Shown here one piece after another: positions 37,831-52,815 of a DNA stretch of 64,000 bases; the first letter of the stretch is position 1; the number at the start of each line of letters is the position of its first letter. The DNA is from the human T2T-CHM13v2.0 reference genome, Homo sapiens, in the NCBI RefSeq assembly GCF_009914755.1, contig NC_060938.1, one strand, 5' to 3'. A program made the position numbers and the translations under genes. The notes under the pieces are model-generated. The model searched no databases. It was not told where the DNA came from and saw only the letters and a list, made by a program, of their open reading frames with translations.

Positions 37831-38188
37831 CCCTGCTCTTTTTCTCAGCTCCTCACACACCAACTTCACTAATCAAGTTTCCAGAAGATGCTTGCACACC
37901 TGTGGTATCCACACACTGCCCCGCATCTCTGCATCCCAGGTGGGCGGCCATGACCCAGAAGATCCATGCCTGGGATCCCAGCCACTCCCTTCTCCAATGT
38001 CCTTCCATGCACAGTCCCCACGCTGGGACACCTGGCAGTCACTTCCCCTGGAACTTCCACCTTCACCCTCTCAGCGAGCCTTCCAGCAGCCCTGGGTGGG
38101 GGTCAAGCGGGGGGGCCTGGAGTTTCTATTACACAGACACGGACCCAGAACCAAAGGCAAGAGAGGTCAGAAGAGGCCACACAGTTTA

Positions 38189-38583
<395 letters not shown>

Positions 38584-38973
38584 CTAAGTATGTGAGTCCT
38601 GCTGCCTGTTTTCTTTAAGTAAAACAAAGCAGATATTTTCAAACTGCAACTTAGTTTTTGTTTTCTCCGTTTCTTTCTGGAAAACAATTCAGAGATTGCC
38701 TTCCATGCTTCACGACCACAGAGACTGAGCAAACCTCTGCTTCGGAAAGTCGGGGGCAAGTCCAAGTTTCCCAGGGAGGCCGGCCCTGCCATGCGGGGTT
38801 GGGTTTTCTTGCCTTCTCTTGTGCAGAGTTGGCCAATCCCTGCCGCCAGGCCTCAGACACTCAGCCCTTTGTGGGCCTTGCACCCACTGCGGTTTTTAAT
38901 GTTGTTATTTTTCAGAGTTAAAAATCTGCGGTTTTTAATTGCACCTGAGGATGCCCCCCTGCTCTGTTCCTAG

Positions 38974-39007
38974 CTGGTGTTCGACAGGCGGAACGGAAGG
39001 ATTGAAG
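38974..39007 (+). other. Candidate small exon (34 nt; alternative acceptor at 38915 gives 92 nt)
   Basis: ctgctctgttcctag acceptor and strong AAG|GTAAGA donor in unique, CpG-retaining sequence. Confidence 0.35.
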
Positions 39008-39159
39008 GTAAGATTCCAGGCCTTCTGTGTTGGGGTGGTCATTCACGAAAACACACAGCAATATGTATTTACGCAAGCAGAGACGTGTCATAGAAATCTT
39101 TATGGAGAACTAGGCATAAAGTCTAATTTTAAAACATGTGTTTGTATAAATTCATCTTT

Positions 39160-39762
<603 letters not shown>

Positions 39763-39939
39763 TGAATTAATATTTGAATTGCACAAATTTATAGCAAATG
39801 TGTGAAAGTATTATACTTTGGGATTATTACTGCTCATCTTTAAGAGCCTGGCCTTCTGATAGGCCTCCTTGCCCCTTCCAATCTGCTTTCAGCAGCAGCT
39901 GAGTGATTGGGGTGAAACTTAAGGCACACACATTTAGGA

Positions 39940-40165
39940 GAGCATCAGAAAACTTCCTCTGTAAAGGGCCAGAGGGTAAATATTTTAAACTTTGCGAGTC
40001 ATACAGTCTCCACTGTAGTAACTCAACTACTCTGCCAGTATAGCACAAAAGCGGCCAAGCACAACAGTAAATGAATGGGTGTGGCTGTGTTCCAATAAAA
40101 CTTTATTTGCACAAAGAAGTGGTGGGCCAGATTTGGCCTTTGGGCTGTAGTTCGCCACCCCCTGG
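39940..40165 (+). mobile_element. MER58A
   Basis: Same motifs as the copy at 21.6 kb. Confidence 0.85.
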
Positions 40166-40482
40166 TTTAGAAAAAGGACACATATAAATGACCAAAATGG
40201 TGAGCGTTCAAGAGGTAGTGGCGCGTGTATATGGACTGAGGAAAGAACTGGGTGGGATTGGTTTAGTGTGAAGACTCAGAGAGTTAGGCATCCACCCCTA
40301 AAACACCAAGGGATGGTGACAGATCCATTCAATGGCCCCAGAGCCCAACTGTAATGCGGGGGACGTAGCAAAGAGACTTATGTTCATTCACGACAAGAAA
40401 GACCCGATAAGCAATGAAGGGGTGAGTCCCATATTCTTAGAGGCATGCAAGCAGAGGCTGGGGGTTGGGGAGAATTGTTCTT

Positions 40483-40582
40483 TTTTTTAAAAAAAATTAT
40501 TTTTATTTTAAGTTCCGGGGTACATGTGCAGGATGTGCAGGTTTGTTACATGTTACATAGGTTAACGTGGGCCATGGTGGTG
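40483..40582 (-). mobile_element. Very short 5'-truncated L1PA insertion
   Basis: L1 3' terminus (gggtacatgtgcaggatgtgcaggtttgttacat) bracketed by TSD ggggagaa(t/c)tgttctt (40467-40482, 40583-40598). Confidence 0.85.
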
Positions 40583-40629
40583 GGGGAGAACTGTTCTTAT
40601 ACATCCAGTCCTGCTCTTAGAGTGAGAGA

Positions 40630-41138
40630 GGTTCTCTGTTCCTGCTCAAAACTCTCCACAGTCCCTGCTTTGCTCAAGGCAGAGGCCAAAGTCCCCGCTA
40701 AGGCTGACCACCTGCCCGTCCTGGCCCCACTGCCTGACCGCCCTCACCTCGCACTCTCCTCCCTCTCTCAACTCCAGCTCTGCTGCTTCTGAGTTGTGGC
40801 CCAAGCCCCTGACATCCCCCACCTCAGTGCCTCTGCTCAGGCTATCCCTCTCCTGGAGTCTCATCCCCAGACGTCACCGCAGAGGGGACCAGACATGTGG
40901 GGAGAGGACCCTCTTGTCACTCAGCCCTCTCCCTGCCTGCCCTGGTCCTTGACTGCTTGTTCTCCTTAGCGCTCACCTCCACTTAACGCGCCATTGCATT
41001 TATTTATTTGCTCGATGGTCTGGCTTCCCCTACTAGAATGTCAGCTCCATGAGGCAGGGACTGGTGTCTGTGGTTCACGTCTGGATTCCCAGTGTTTAGT
41101 GCCTGGCTCACAGTAGGTTTGCAATAAATATTTACTAA
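40630..41138 (+). mobile_element. L2 3' fragment
   Basis: ctagaatgtcagctccatgaggcaggga ... gtgcctggctcacagtaggtttgcaataaatattt. Confidence 0.8.
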
Positions 41139-41139
41139 T

Positions 41140-41600
41140 ATGGCGGTTGTCTTTTCCAGAGCTGACCACAATACCTCCCAAGCCACTGTGCTTCTTACAG
41201 CATGGCGCCAATACCCGTCCCTTTGAGAAGTGGAGTCTTTGTTCCCTTCCCTTGAGTTTTGGCAGGACTCTGACTATGTCAGAGGTAAATTTATGTGACT
41301 TCCGAGACTGGGTCATGAAAGACAACACCGGTTCTGCCCAGTTCCTTAGAATGAAGGAAGGCTGGCACCATGGTGTGAGGAAGCCGAAGCCACACAGAGG
41401 CTGCACGTGGATGCTCCAGCCAACTGCCCCAGCTGAGGCTCAGCCGCCAGACATGGGCATGAAGACATCTTCAGAACAACTCTGGCCCCAGCCGCCGTGA
41501 TGGCAGGAGAGGCTCCCAGAGAGAACCAGCCAACCCCCAGGACTGTGGGACATAGTAACAAAATCTTGTTGGGGGTGATATTTTACCTAAAGAACAATGA
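41140..41600. mobile_element. MLT1-type MaLR LTR
   Basis: atgtgacttccgagactgggtcatgaaag, gtgaggaagccgaagccacac. Confidence 0.6.
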
Positions 41601-41944
41601 ACAAAAAATGCTGATGTGTCATTGGTGCCTCCAGTGTTCCTACCTCACTGTTCTGAGACCTCACTTTTCATACCTTCCCCCTCAGAGTATGCACTCCTGC
41701 TTCTGTGCATTTTCCGGGCCCTGCCTTCCTCTGGTGTTCTCTGGAAGCTTCTCCTGGTGGCAGGGGGTATTCTGCTCTCTCCTCTAGCATCTGCTGAGAC
41801 TCCTTCTCCTGGGAGTTGACCTCTGCAGATGTTCCCAGGCTTTGGGGTGCGTGGGGACACCTCTCTTCTTAAGGTGCTTCCCTCCTTAGGGTGGCCAGAG
41901 CAGATGCCACCTGCACGGAGGCGGAGGCCCCCTTAGTCATGATC

Positions 41945-42395
41945 CTGATGAAGATTCCTTGCTTGGCCAAACTTTAGTCAGGCTTCTGAATCTTCTGCTA
42001 CACCCGTCTGGGCACTTCCTTGTAAAACCCAGTTTTAGCAAAAGAACCTGTGAAGTCAGTTTAGGCAGACCCCCCATCCTAGATCGCTGATCACCGTGGA
42101 GACCTGAACGAACGGGGTTCCTCATTCTCCGCCACCCCCGGGCACTGTCCGATCACCCTGCCTGCAGCAAGAATCCTGTTCGGGCGGTTTTGTCAGATGT
42201 TTCCTCTCAGTGATTTTCCATCCGCCGACACCCGTTCTGCCTCCTCTGCTATAAATCCCCACCTGCCGGGCTGGTCTTTGAGGTTGAGCCAGTTCTCTCC
42301 CTCAGCAAGACCCTGGTGCAGTGGCCCCTATACCTATCATGACGGTCCTGAGCGAAGTCCTCCTTACCCTGCCTTAACCAGTGCCACCGAATACA
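41945..42395 (+). mobile_element. MER31-like solo LTR (ERV1)
   Basis: ttggccaaactttagtcaggcttctgaa...cacttccttgtaaaacccagttttagcaa; TATA-like ctataaat at ~42249. Confidence 0.7.
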
Positions 42396-42880
42396 CCAGT
42401 CCTCAATACTGGCTGTCCTAGAAACTGTTGCCCACTCTGGGCTCCTGCTGCCACCTCCACCACCAAGAGGGGGAAACTGAGGCACGGTTTTGTCTTTAAT
42501 TCCCAGCTGCCTCCATGAGACCTGGGAAAACTCACCCACCATCACGACCACTTCAGGCCTCTGAAGGGAAACATGAGCCCAGAGAGAGCAGAAAGTCCTT
42601 TCTCCCTCCTGGACCCCAGACACTCCTCTTTCATGGACCTTCTTTCCAAGATGACTGACAGCAGCCACTCCACTCAGCTCTCCCCTGAATCCCACCCCCA
42701 CGCCCATTCAGGATGTGGTGCAGCTGGTCCCAGCATCATGATGCCCCAAGAGCCTGGCACTGGTATTTTCCTGAAAGTCTGGGCCAATTGATGTTACCGT
42801 CCATGACCACCCGGAGGCTTCTGCTTCCTTCCAATGCCCTCTGGCCACAGGTTGGGGCAAGCTCCTCCACTCACATTCTG

Positions 42881-43400
<520 letters not shown>

Positions 43401-44109
43401 TTGCATGTGACACAGTCAGACAGCCAGGCAAGGCACGAGTGGCCCTGTGTTCCCATCTCTGGTGGCTCACCCAGCTCTACCGCCCCCTCCACCCCGCCTC
43501 ACCTTTGGTGGCGCACAGCCCAGTTGTTCTCGTTAGACGATGCTGCTCTGCTCCCAATGTGTCACTCACGTGAGCCAGCACACACCTCATCCCTGCCCCC
43601 ATCACTGTTTTGCTGGAAGAAACCCAGGAGCCAGGGCCTCAGAGCCAGCTCCCCCTGTGCCCGCCTTCTTGGTCATGCAAATCAGAGTGAGCTCTTCCCC
43701 TCTGCCTGGGCAGACTCCCGCTGACTCCCCCTTCATTCCTGTCCACTTCTCCCCAAACAAAACAGAAAGGAGGGCCCAGGAAAAGAAGGGGTATCAAAAT
43801 CTGGCTTTTGAATCAGGCTCAGAATGAATCAAGGTTTGGCCCCTGGAAGCAACATGAACCCCCAGAGGCTTGCGAGGTGCTGCTCTGCCCCTTACTAGCT
43901 TTGTGGCCTTGGGCAAGTCCCTTTACCTCTTTGAGCTCCAGCTTTGTCACCTCTGACACAGGGACAGTAGTATAAGCCCTGGGGCACTGTACACTCCTGC
44001 CTGGCTCTGAGCTGAGCCATGTTGCCTCTCTGAGGCCACTTTGATTTGGTCTGTCCTGTTCCTGGGTCCATAATTCCTGCCGCCTGCCCTCCCACACAGA
44101 AGTCCGACA

Positions 44110-44615
<506 letters not shown>

Positions 44616-47600
44616 TCAATTTTTGACGTCACACCTGCAGCAGGGCTGAGTGCCCAGGAGAAAAGGGTCTTAACAGCACCTTGAAGTGAGTTGCCAGGCT
44701 GGGCAGAGATCAGGGAAGGCCAAGGAGGAAGGCTGTGAGCCACCTGGCCTTCAGAGAACTCCCAGACAGTGGCCCAGGGACCAGTCCAGCCCAGATCACC
44801 TTAGGCAGTGACCCCTCTCCCAGAATCCAGGCACCCTAGAGGCACCTTAGCAGAAGAACTCTCTGAGGTCTGCAGGCTTGAGCTGTTTTGCTTTCTCCAA
44901 GACAGTTTCGTCCTGTAATGGTCGCCATTCTCATTGTCATCATCCCGTTACAGTATATTTGTTTTATTTGAGAAACGTATGTAATGATTATTTCTGGCAC
45001 TATGCTAAGTGCTTAAAAAGTATGAATTCACTAACTGCCGCAACCCCATAAGGTGGGTACTATTTATGAACCCTGAGGCCCAGAGAGGTCGAGTAACGTG
45101 CTTGATGTCATGTGGCCGATGGATGGCCACGTGGGGCTCTCGGCTTCCTTCTGAGAGGCAGCTGCCAGGGATGGGACACACAGTTGCTCCAGGCCCATCT
45201 CCAGACACAGCACTGTCCCCTATGTTGTCCCCATGCTTCCTGGGGCCTTGTGAGCTTCAGATTATTCATCTGTAAATGAGGACAATAAGGCCAGCTCTGG
45301 GGGCCCAGGGCTGGGCCTGGGGGAGGGCTCAGCCCCACAGGGCCCTGCCCCCTCCTTGCTGTTCACCATCTGTCTGAGGCTCACTCAGAAGCTCCCACTG
45401 ACACGATTTGATTCTGCCAGAGCAATGTGCTGAGGGGTAGATGCAGGGCCCGGTGGGAGCCCCAGACTGCAGGGTGAGCTTCCTCTGGGGGCAAACCCAG
45501 CCACGCCAACCCAGGTGAGGCAGCCTGTGTGCTCTTGCGTGCCCCTGACCTTCCCCTGCCAGGCTGGCAGCCAGAGCTGACTCTTTTAAAGAACACTGGG
45601 CCAGGATCACAGCCACCCCAGGCCGAACCCTGAGCTGTGGGTTGTTTGCCAGGACGAGGTGGCCCTGGGGCAAGGAGGCCTCCCCAGGATGGGCTGCCCC
45701 CACCGTGGAGGAAATCCACACAGCAGCTCGGTTCCCCCAAAGGATTCCCTGCCTGCAGTCCAGGCCACACCAAAGTACACAGAGCCCTTGTGTGCGGCAG
45801 GAGGAGAGGGTGGGACTCCAGCAGGAGAAGCTTCCCGCCTTTTGGAAGCCCCCAGGCACCTGCCCAGGGGTCATAGGGATTCTTGGAGATCACTTTCCAG
45901 TCCAGAAATGCCTCCACCCCAGCCCTTCCAAGCCCTCAGTGTGGGGAGAGGCAGAGCCCCAGCACAGCTCACCCCTCCCTTGGAGGAAGGGAGTCAGAGG
46001 GGGTGAGCACTGGCTAAAGGTCACGCAGGAGACCTGGCTGCCGGCTGCCTTGGGCTGGGCCTGTCACAGGAGCCTTCTTGCACACTAAGGGCCTCAAACA
46101 TAAGCCTTTGACATTCTCTCCAAAGGAGGTTACAGACTCAGGCACAACCACGATGTCTGCAGGGCCAGAGGAAGTTTGTTTCACAGCCACCAGGGAGGGT
46201 CCCATCACTGGACGCACCTCCTATGGCTCCTAAACCTGGATGTGTCGGAAATAAATCCTGTATCTACTTGGTAGCTACCACTAGGCTATTGCCCCAGTGG
46301 GGGCTGAAAGTGGTAATTTGTTCACCATAAGCATTACAAACAATATTATGATTCTTATAACGTGATCTCCATGTGTCGGTAAGACATTAAGACCCTTAAA
46401 AAATGACCATGACTCAAGTTGTTCTCTGCCTCCAAGGGCCTGGTTCCAGAAAATTCTGGGTGGAGGTGAGCTGGGCAGCCTCCCTCTAACCTCCCCGGGG
46501 AATGGCCTGGGGACTTAGCCAAACGCTGACAACCAGTGTGTGAGGGACAGGTGGACGCTTCCCAAATCAGCTCTGTGCAGAGGACAGACCGCAGCTGTCA
46601 GGCCTATGTTGGCCTGACCCTCCCCTGTGACCTTGGGCCAGGGACCCCCTCCAGTGTCAGCGTCCCCATCAGAGCCTCAAGAGCTGAGCCAAGTGACCCT
46701 TCTGATGCTCCCTAGCCCTGCCACTCAGCTCCAGCTCAGCCCCAGGGAAGCCCCTCCACTGTGGGGACTCACCTGGAGCTACCTGGGGCATGAGCAGCTG
46801 AGGAAGGAAAGAAAATGCTCTTTAAGTTGTCATAACAGAGCGGGGCCTCCAGCACCTCCTGTTTACTGAAGCTGAGTAAATACAGCCGGGCCCTTAGCAA
46901 CAGGCACAAAGGGGCCCTTGTGCCGCCCGCTGCTCGCTGCTCGCTGCTCCCTTGGCTCCCTCCCTGAGCTCAGCCCCAGCTGGGAGCTCTCTGAGAGGCA
47001 GGCTGGCCTGGCCCACAGCCCTGGCCTGACTGGGTGGGGAACGGGGCGGGTGCAAGGACTGCTGTGTGCCAGTCTCCAGGCGTGTCAGGGAGCCAGGCCT
47101 TTAGAGGGCCCTGTCCTCTGCAGGCAGAAAATTCCACCCCATTCTTCTGACCAGCAAACTGGGGTTCTGAGAGGCCCCTGATTTGAGTTTGTCACTCAGA
47201 GATGGAGCGGGTGAGCCTTAGACCAAGAAGCCCTGAGTTGGACGTCAGTCTCGGCCATGGGCGCTTTGGCGTGTTCTGTGTTACGAGTCCCAGTCTCTTC
47301 ATTTCTAACAAGGGGCTCATGCATCACGCCTGGCTCACCTGGCTGCGTGCGCATCAAATCAGATGAGTGTGTGAGGACGTTCATTCTAAACTTTACAAGC
47401 TCTGAGCAAACAGAGGGAGTTATTATTGGGCCAAGGGGGCAGACCAGACATTAGAGTTGATGATAAATCGGTCGGGCCCCTGTCAAGCGCTAGGAGCTTC
47501 CAGAGCCCCCTTTTGAATGATGAGGTGTCACGCCTCCTGGAACCCCAGGTACTGGCAGCCGACTCCATGCCAGGCTGGGGAAATGGGGTGAGGATGGTGC

Positions 47601-47745
47601 AATCCCTGCCTAGAGGGCCTCCCTCTCTAAAACAAAGGGCTAGTTCCACGGTGTATGAAGCACTATAATTCATCAATAAACTGTGAAGGCCTCAGTTGAA
47701 AAATGAGAAAAAGACATGGCTAAGAAGTAACTCATGAAAGAATTA

Positions 47746-48045
<300 letters not shown>

Positions 48046-48156
48046 AAAATGAATGCTTATCAACACTTAGAAAAAAACAAAAAATAGAAATCAACCTGAT
48101 GAGTAACAAAAATGAAAATAAAAGCAACATTCAGATTTTCTGCACCCCCCCATTAG

Positions 48157-48527
<371 letters not shown>

Positions 48528-49374
48528 ACCCCTTACTAACTTTTGACCTCTAGCATAAACTCCATGCCTCACTTTACCTGTCTGTAAAATGGGCACTAAC
48601 AGTACCCGCCTTGCAGGTTTGTTGGGAGGAGTAAATGAGTTACTGTGTATAAAGTGCTTCGAGGGATGCCAGGCGTGTAACTGGTATTTCATGCACTGTA
48701 GTTATTATTTTTATGATCACCATTGGTTCAAAGTATACATTGGACAATCTTGTCTTGTTTGTTAAAATAAAAAGTTGGAAATCATCTAAAGTCCTTTAAC
48801 TGGGAACTAAAGAATTCGATTAGAATCTGTGGATCCCATGGAATACGTTCCCACAACTGGGTCAGCGAGCGCACGGGTGTTTGTATTGACACGGAAGGTT
48901 CTCCATGTCACATTGATGGATGAACAAGCAGCCACGCCAAAGAGATCCGGCTTCTGTGGAGTTGGAAACATGGATTTATTGGTGTGTATTTGCGCTGAGA
49001 CACGGGCAGGGATGTTCTCCAGCTGTTAGCGGCGGCTTTCTAGGAATGAAGCATTTTAAGGCTTTTGTTTTCTTCTCTACACTTTTCTGGTTTTTAAAAA
49101 GTACAAGAAGTTTTTTTTTTTTGGTTAAAAAAAAAGTTTCCTAAAGCCATTTTCTTTTGTTTGAATTTCAAATGCAGTAAGTGCTGAACGGAAGCGCTGA
49201 GGCAGAAGTGACCAAAGAGGGAACAGTGAAATTTGGGCTTGTCAGTGGGGACGAGGTGGGGGAGGCAGAGTCAGTGTTGATGGGGTGGGAGGTGGGCTAT
49301 GTGGCAGGAGGGCAGGGACTTTGAAGAGTCCAGGGCTTTGAGAGGGACAAGGGGGGCAGTTAGAAAAGCAAGTT

Positions 49375-49667
49375 GGCTGGGCGTGGTGGCTCACGCCTGT
49401 AATCCCAGCACTTTGGGAGGCTGAGGTGGGCAGATCACAAGGTCAGGAGTTCGAGACCAGCCTGGCCAATATAGTGAAACCCTATCTCTACCAAAAATAC
49501 AAAAATTAGCTGGGTGTGGTGGCACATGCCTGTAATCCTAGCTACTCAGGAGGCTGAGGAAGGAGAATTGCTTGAACTCAGGAGGCGGAGGTTGCAGTGA
49601 GCCAAGATTGCGCCACTGCACTCCAGCCTGGGCGACAAAGGAAGACTCCGTCTCAAAGAAGAAAATT
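49375..49667 (+). mobile_element. AluS
   Basis: TSD gaaaagcaagtt. Confidence 0.93.
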
Positions 49668-50279
49668 GAAAAGCAAGTTGAAGCAAAGTCACATCATTGG
49701 AAGGGCAGATGGAGGTTTTATCTGGAAGGTGCAGGGGAGTTCAAAAAAGTAAGATAAGATGTGGACTCTGATCTGGCCTCTGCCCTATTTTGGTTGTTCT
49801 CATTTGGGCCTCAGTGCTCTGGGCAGGAAAGTCTTGGAGCAGGGACACAGGCGGGAGCCTCCTGTCCATTTTCTGAGAGAGATAGGCCAGAGAAGGCAGC
49901 TGGATGCTTGAGTATGAAGAAAGCCCCCTGTTTAGGGCTTGTATCTCTCCAAGTCCAGCAGGGCCTCGGCCACCCTGAGAAGAGAGCCAGTCCCCATGTG
50001 TGTGCTGGGACTTGAAGAGCCTAAGAAAAGGGCTGGACCCTCCCAGGGCCAGCAGGCTCTCACTACCCCAGAGCCAAAGACCACAAGCCACTCTCCAGGG
50101 CCAAGGGATGGCAGCCTGATGAGTCAGCGCAGTTACCTGATCAGGCAGCGTCGCGCCATGAGAGGTGATCTCATGCGCCAGTCTCCAGCCGCTCCTCGCT
50201 ATTCCCCAGGCTCTGGGACGGTGGAGTTAGCTGACCAGGCAGAAGTTGGCTCCCTGGCAGCACGCTGGTGGTCCCAAGA

Positions 50280-50455
50280 CGCCCTGTTAATATTTGGAGG
50301 CTGGATAGGTCCACGTGGTGGGGAGCTGTCCTGTGTATGGTGGGATTTTTAGCAGTGCCCCGGCTTCTACCCACTAGATGCCAGCAGTATCCCTTGGCAA
50401 TTGTGACATTGCCAAATGGTCCCTGGGAGACACAATTACCCCCATTTGAGAACTT
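50280..50455 (-). mobile_element. MER20 (hAT-Charlie)
   Basis: ctacccactagatgccag...gacattgccaaatg...ttgagaac. Confidence 0.8.
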
Positions 50456-52289
50456 CAGCTCCATGGTGACCTGCATGGCCATCAGCCCCTCTCCAGGGCT
50501 GAACACTCCTCAGGGACAGGGTCTCCATGTCCCCAGCACCCCACACAGGCTCAGCATACAGCAGGTGTGAACACCTGGGCTCTGGCCCTCCCTCACCAGA
50601 ACCCCCTCCCTTCTTGCAAGGAGTGCAGCTGCAGCCAGAGAGGACACCCAGTCCCTGCCCCTGCCCCCAGCCCGCCCAGAGCGGAGATGAGCTGAAAACC
50701 CCACTGTGTCTCCCACCTCGCCCAACTCTGGGATCCAAGCGGCCAGGATGCAAAGAACCAAATCCTTTGAGTGAAACAACCTTTAGTAACCTTTTCAGAC
50801 AAACACGCCCTCCCCTCCCGCCACTTGCTGGAAGCCAAAGCTGCTGACACAGCCATGTGGGGACCTGTGGGGACTCCCTCTCCTTGAATGGCGGCACATG
50901 CACCCTTCACACCCAGCCACTCCCTGCCACCCGCTCTCTCAAAGGGAAGGGCCACCAGGATCTACTGCCACACTCTTTTTTTTTTCTTCGAGACAGGGCC
51001 TTGCTCTGTCACCCAGGCTGGAGTGCGGTGGTGTGATCACAGCCTTCCCAAGCCCCATTCTTAACACCCAAAAGCATTTATAAGAAGTTCAGTTCTCAGT
51101 GTTTAGGGAGACAGTGGGAGGGAGATCTGTCCAAAGGGTGCTGAGTCCTGCACTGCCCAAGTACGAGATTTGTTGGGGCTCCCCCAGCAAGTGTCCTGGG
51201 GCCATGCGCTGTCTGGAGGGGCTTCTGCTTCCATCTCTGACTCTGATCTGGAAGGGATTCCATCCCCTCCCTCTGCCAGTGCCTGGGACAGAGACAGCTT
51301 CTGCCGGAGATCTGCAGGGCCTAACATAAAGCAAGAAGCCGTGCTCGTTAGGCCGGCGGCCAGCACCGCAGAGCGCGCAGAAGGAAATAAACTTCCACTA
51401 GAAACTGCTGGCTGGGCAGGCAGGAAGGGTGCTCCAGGGAGCTTGGAGCTTTTGCAGGGTCAGGGACCCCAAACATCATGTGCACAGTGGCTAGTGCTCC
51501 AGCTCAGGAGAGCGTCCCCAGAATGCATGACCCGGACCAAGGCCCACAGGGCACACATGGCGTCAACAGGACCCTGGATAGAGGGCTTTCAGATAAAATC
51601 CAAACAGGGACGCATCTCCCAAAAAAGACCCGTGGTTGGTCCCGGACAGCCAAGCCCCGCCCTCAGCACTCAGCCAGGGCTGGTCCTCAAGCTGTGTTGA
51701 CTGAAGGGCAGGCCGGATTAATGTCACTCCAGAAGGAACATGACAGCAAGCCCTTCTCAACAACCCATCTTCACAAATGCTCCACGAGGCAGTCATTCCC
51801 CGCACTAGGGACTCCCGGCTGGCTCCATGTGATGCCTGGGGAAGGTGAGCTACTGACTTCCTGTTGTCTTTCGTTAGAGGGGACTCCAGGCTACCCCATG
51901 ACAGCGTCATCAGGCACTCGCAGGCAGATATGTTTTGGTGAGGGCTGGTGAAGGGTAGGACGGCCATGGGCATGCACCCATCCCATCCATGTGTCATGGC
52001 AGGAAGAAACAAAGGTTAAGAACCACAGCACTAGATGTCTGGGTTCGCGGACACGTGCCGTTGTGACCTGGATTCTGGTGCCTGGGGTGGGCACAACCAG
52101 GTACGTGCCTTGTTCCAGGAAGCTGTCTGCAGCAGGCCTGTTGCTGGCTGGGTTTGCACTGGAATTTGGGGTCCCCTCATCCCCCGCCAGGCGTTCACAC
52201 CCCTGTGCCTTCTGTGTCTTCTGTCCCACACTGCCCCCTGGAGGAGGGATGAAGGATGGTGCTGAAGGGCACAAGCGGTAGACATTTTC

Positions 52290-52815
52290 ATCCACCTTCA
52301 CCTCCTCTTCCTGGCCAACAGAACGTTGATTTTGTTCAAGGCGGCAGAATGCCCAGCCCCAGGGACAAGTCTTGCTTCATTGCATAAGTCAGTGATGATG
52401 GCCCTGTACCCCTGTGCCAGGCCCTTTCTTTCCCAGCCTCCTTTGCAGCTAGGGGCCATTGACGCAATTTCAGGCAATGAAGTGTAAGGGAAAGTTTTTT
52501 GTGGGGGTGCTTCTGGGAGAGCTTTTGCTTCTTAACAAAAGGGAAGGGTGTGAAAGGAGAGTTCTCTTAGGTCCACCCTCACTTTCTTTCATGCTGGAGT
52601 GCAGACGTGGTGGCCGGTGCTGCAGCAGCCATCCTGCAACTATGTGGCACCAAGTTAACACAGAGGATGGTGGGCAGAGAGAGGGAAAGAACCTGGGTCC
52701 TTGATGACCTCACCAAGCAGCCAAGCCACCCGGAAACTGCCTATGCCCAGGGTCCTTGTGAAGTAACAATGGCTGTATTTGTGGTTTTGTTGAATTCTGT
52801 TACTTGCAGCCAAAC
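52290..52815. mobile_element. Old MLT1-type MaLR LTR
   Basis: ttcccagcctcctttgcagctagggg, gcagcagccatcctgcaactatg, ctgttacttgcagccaaac. Confidence 0.6.
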
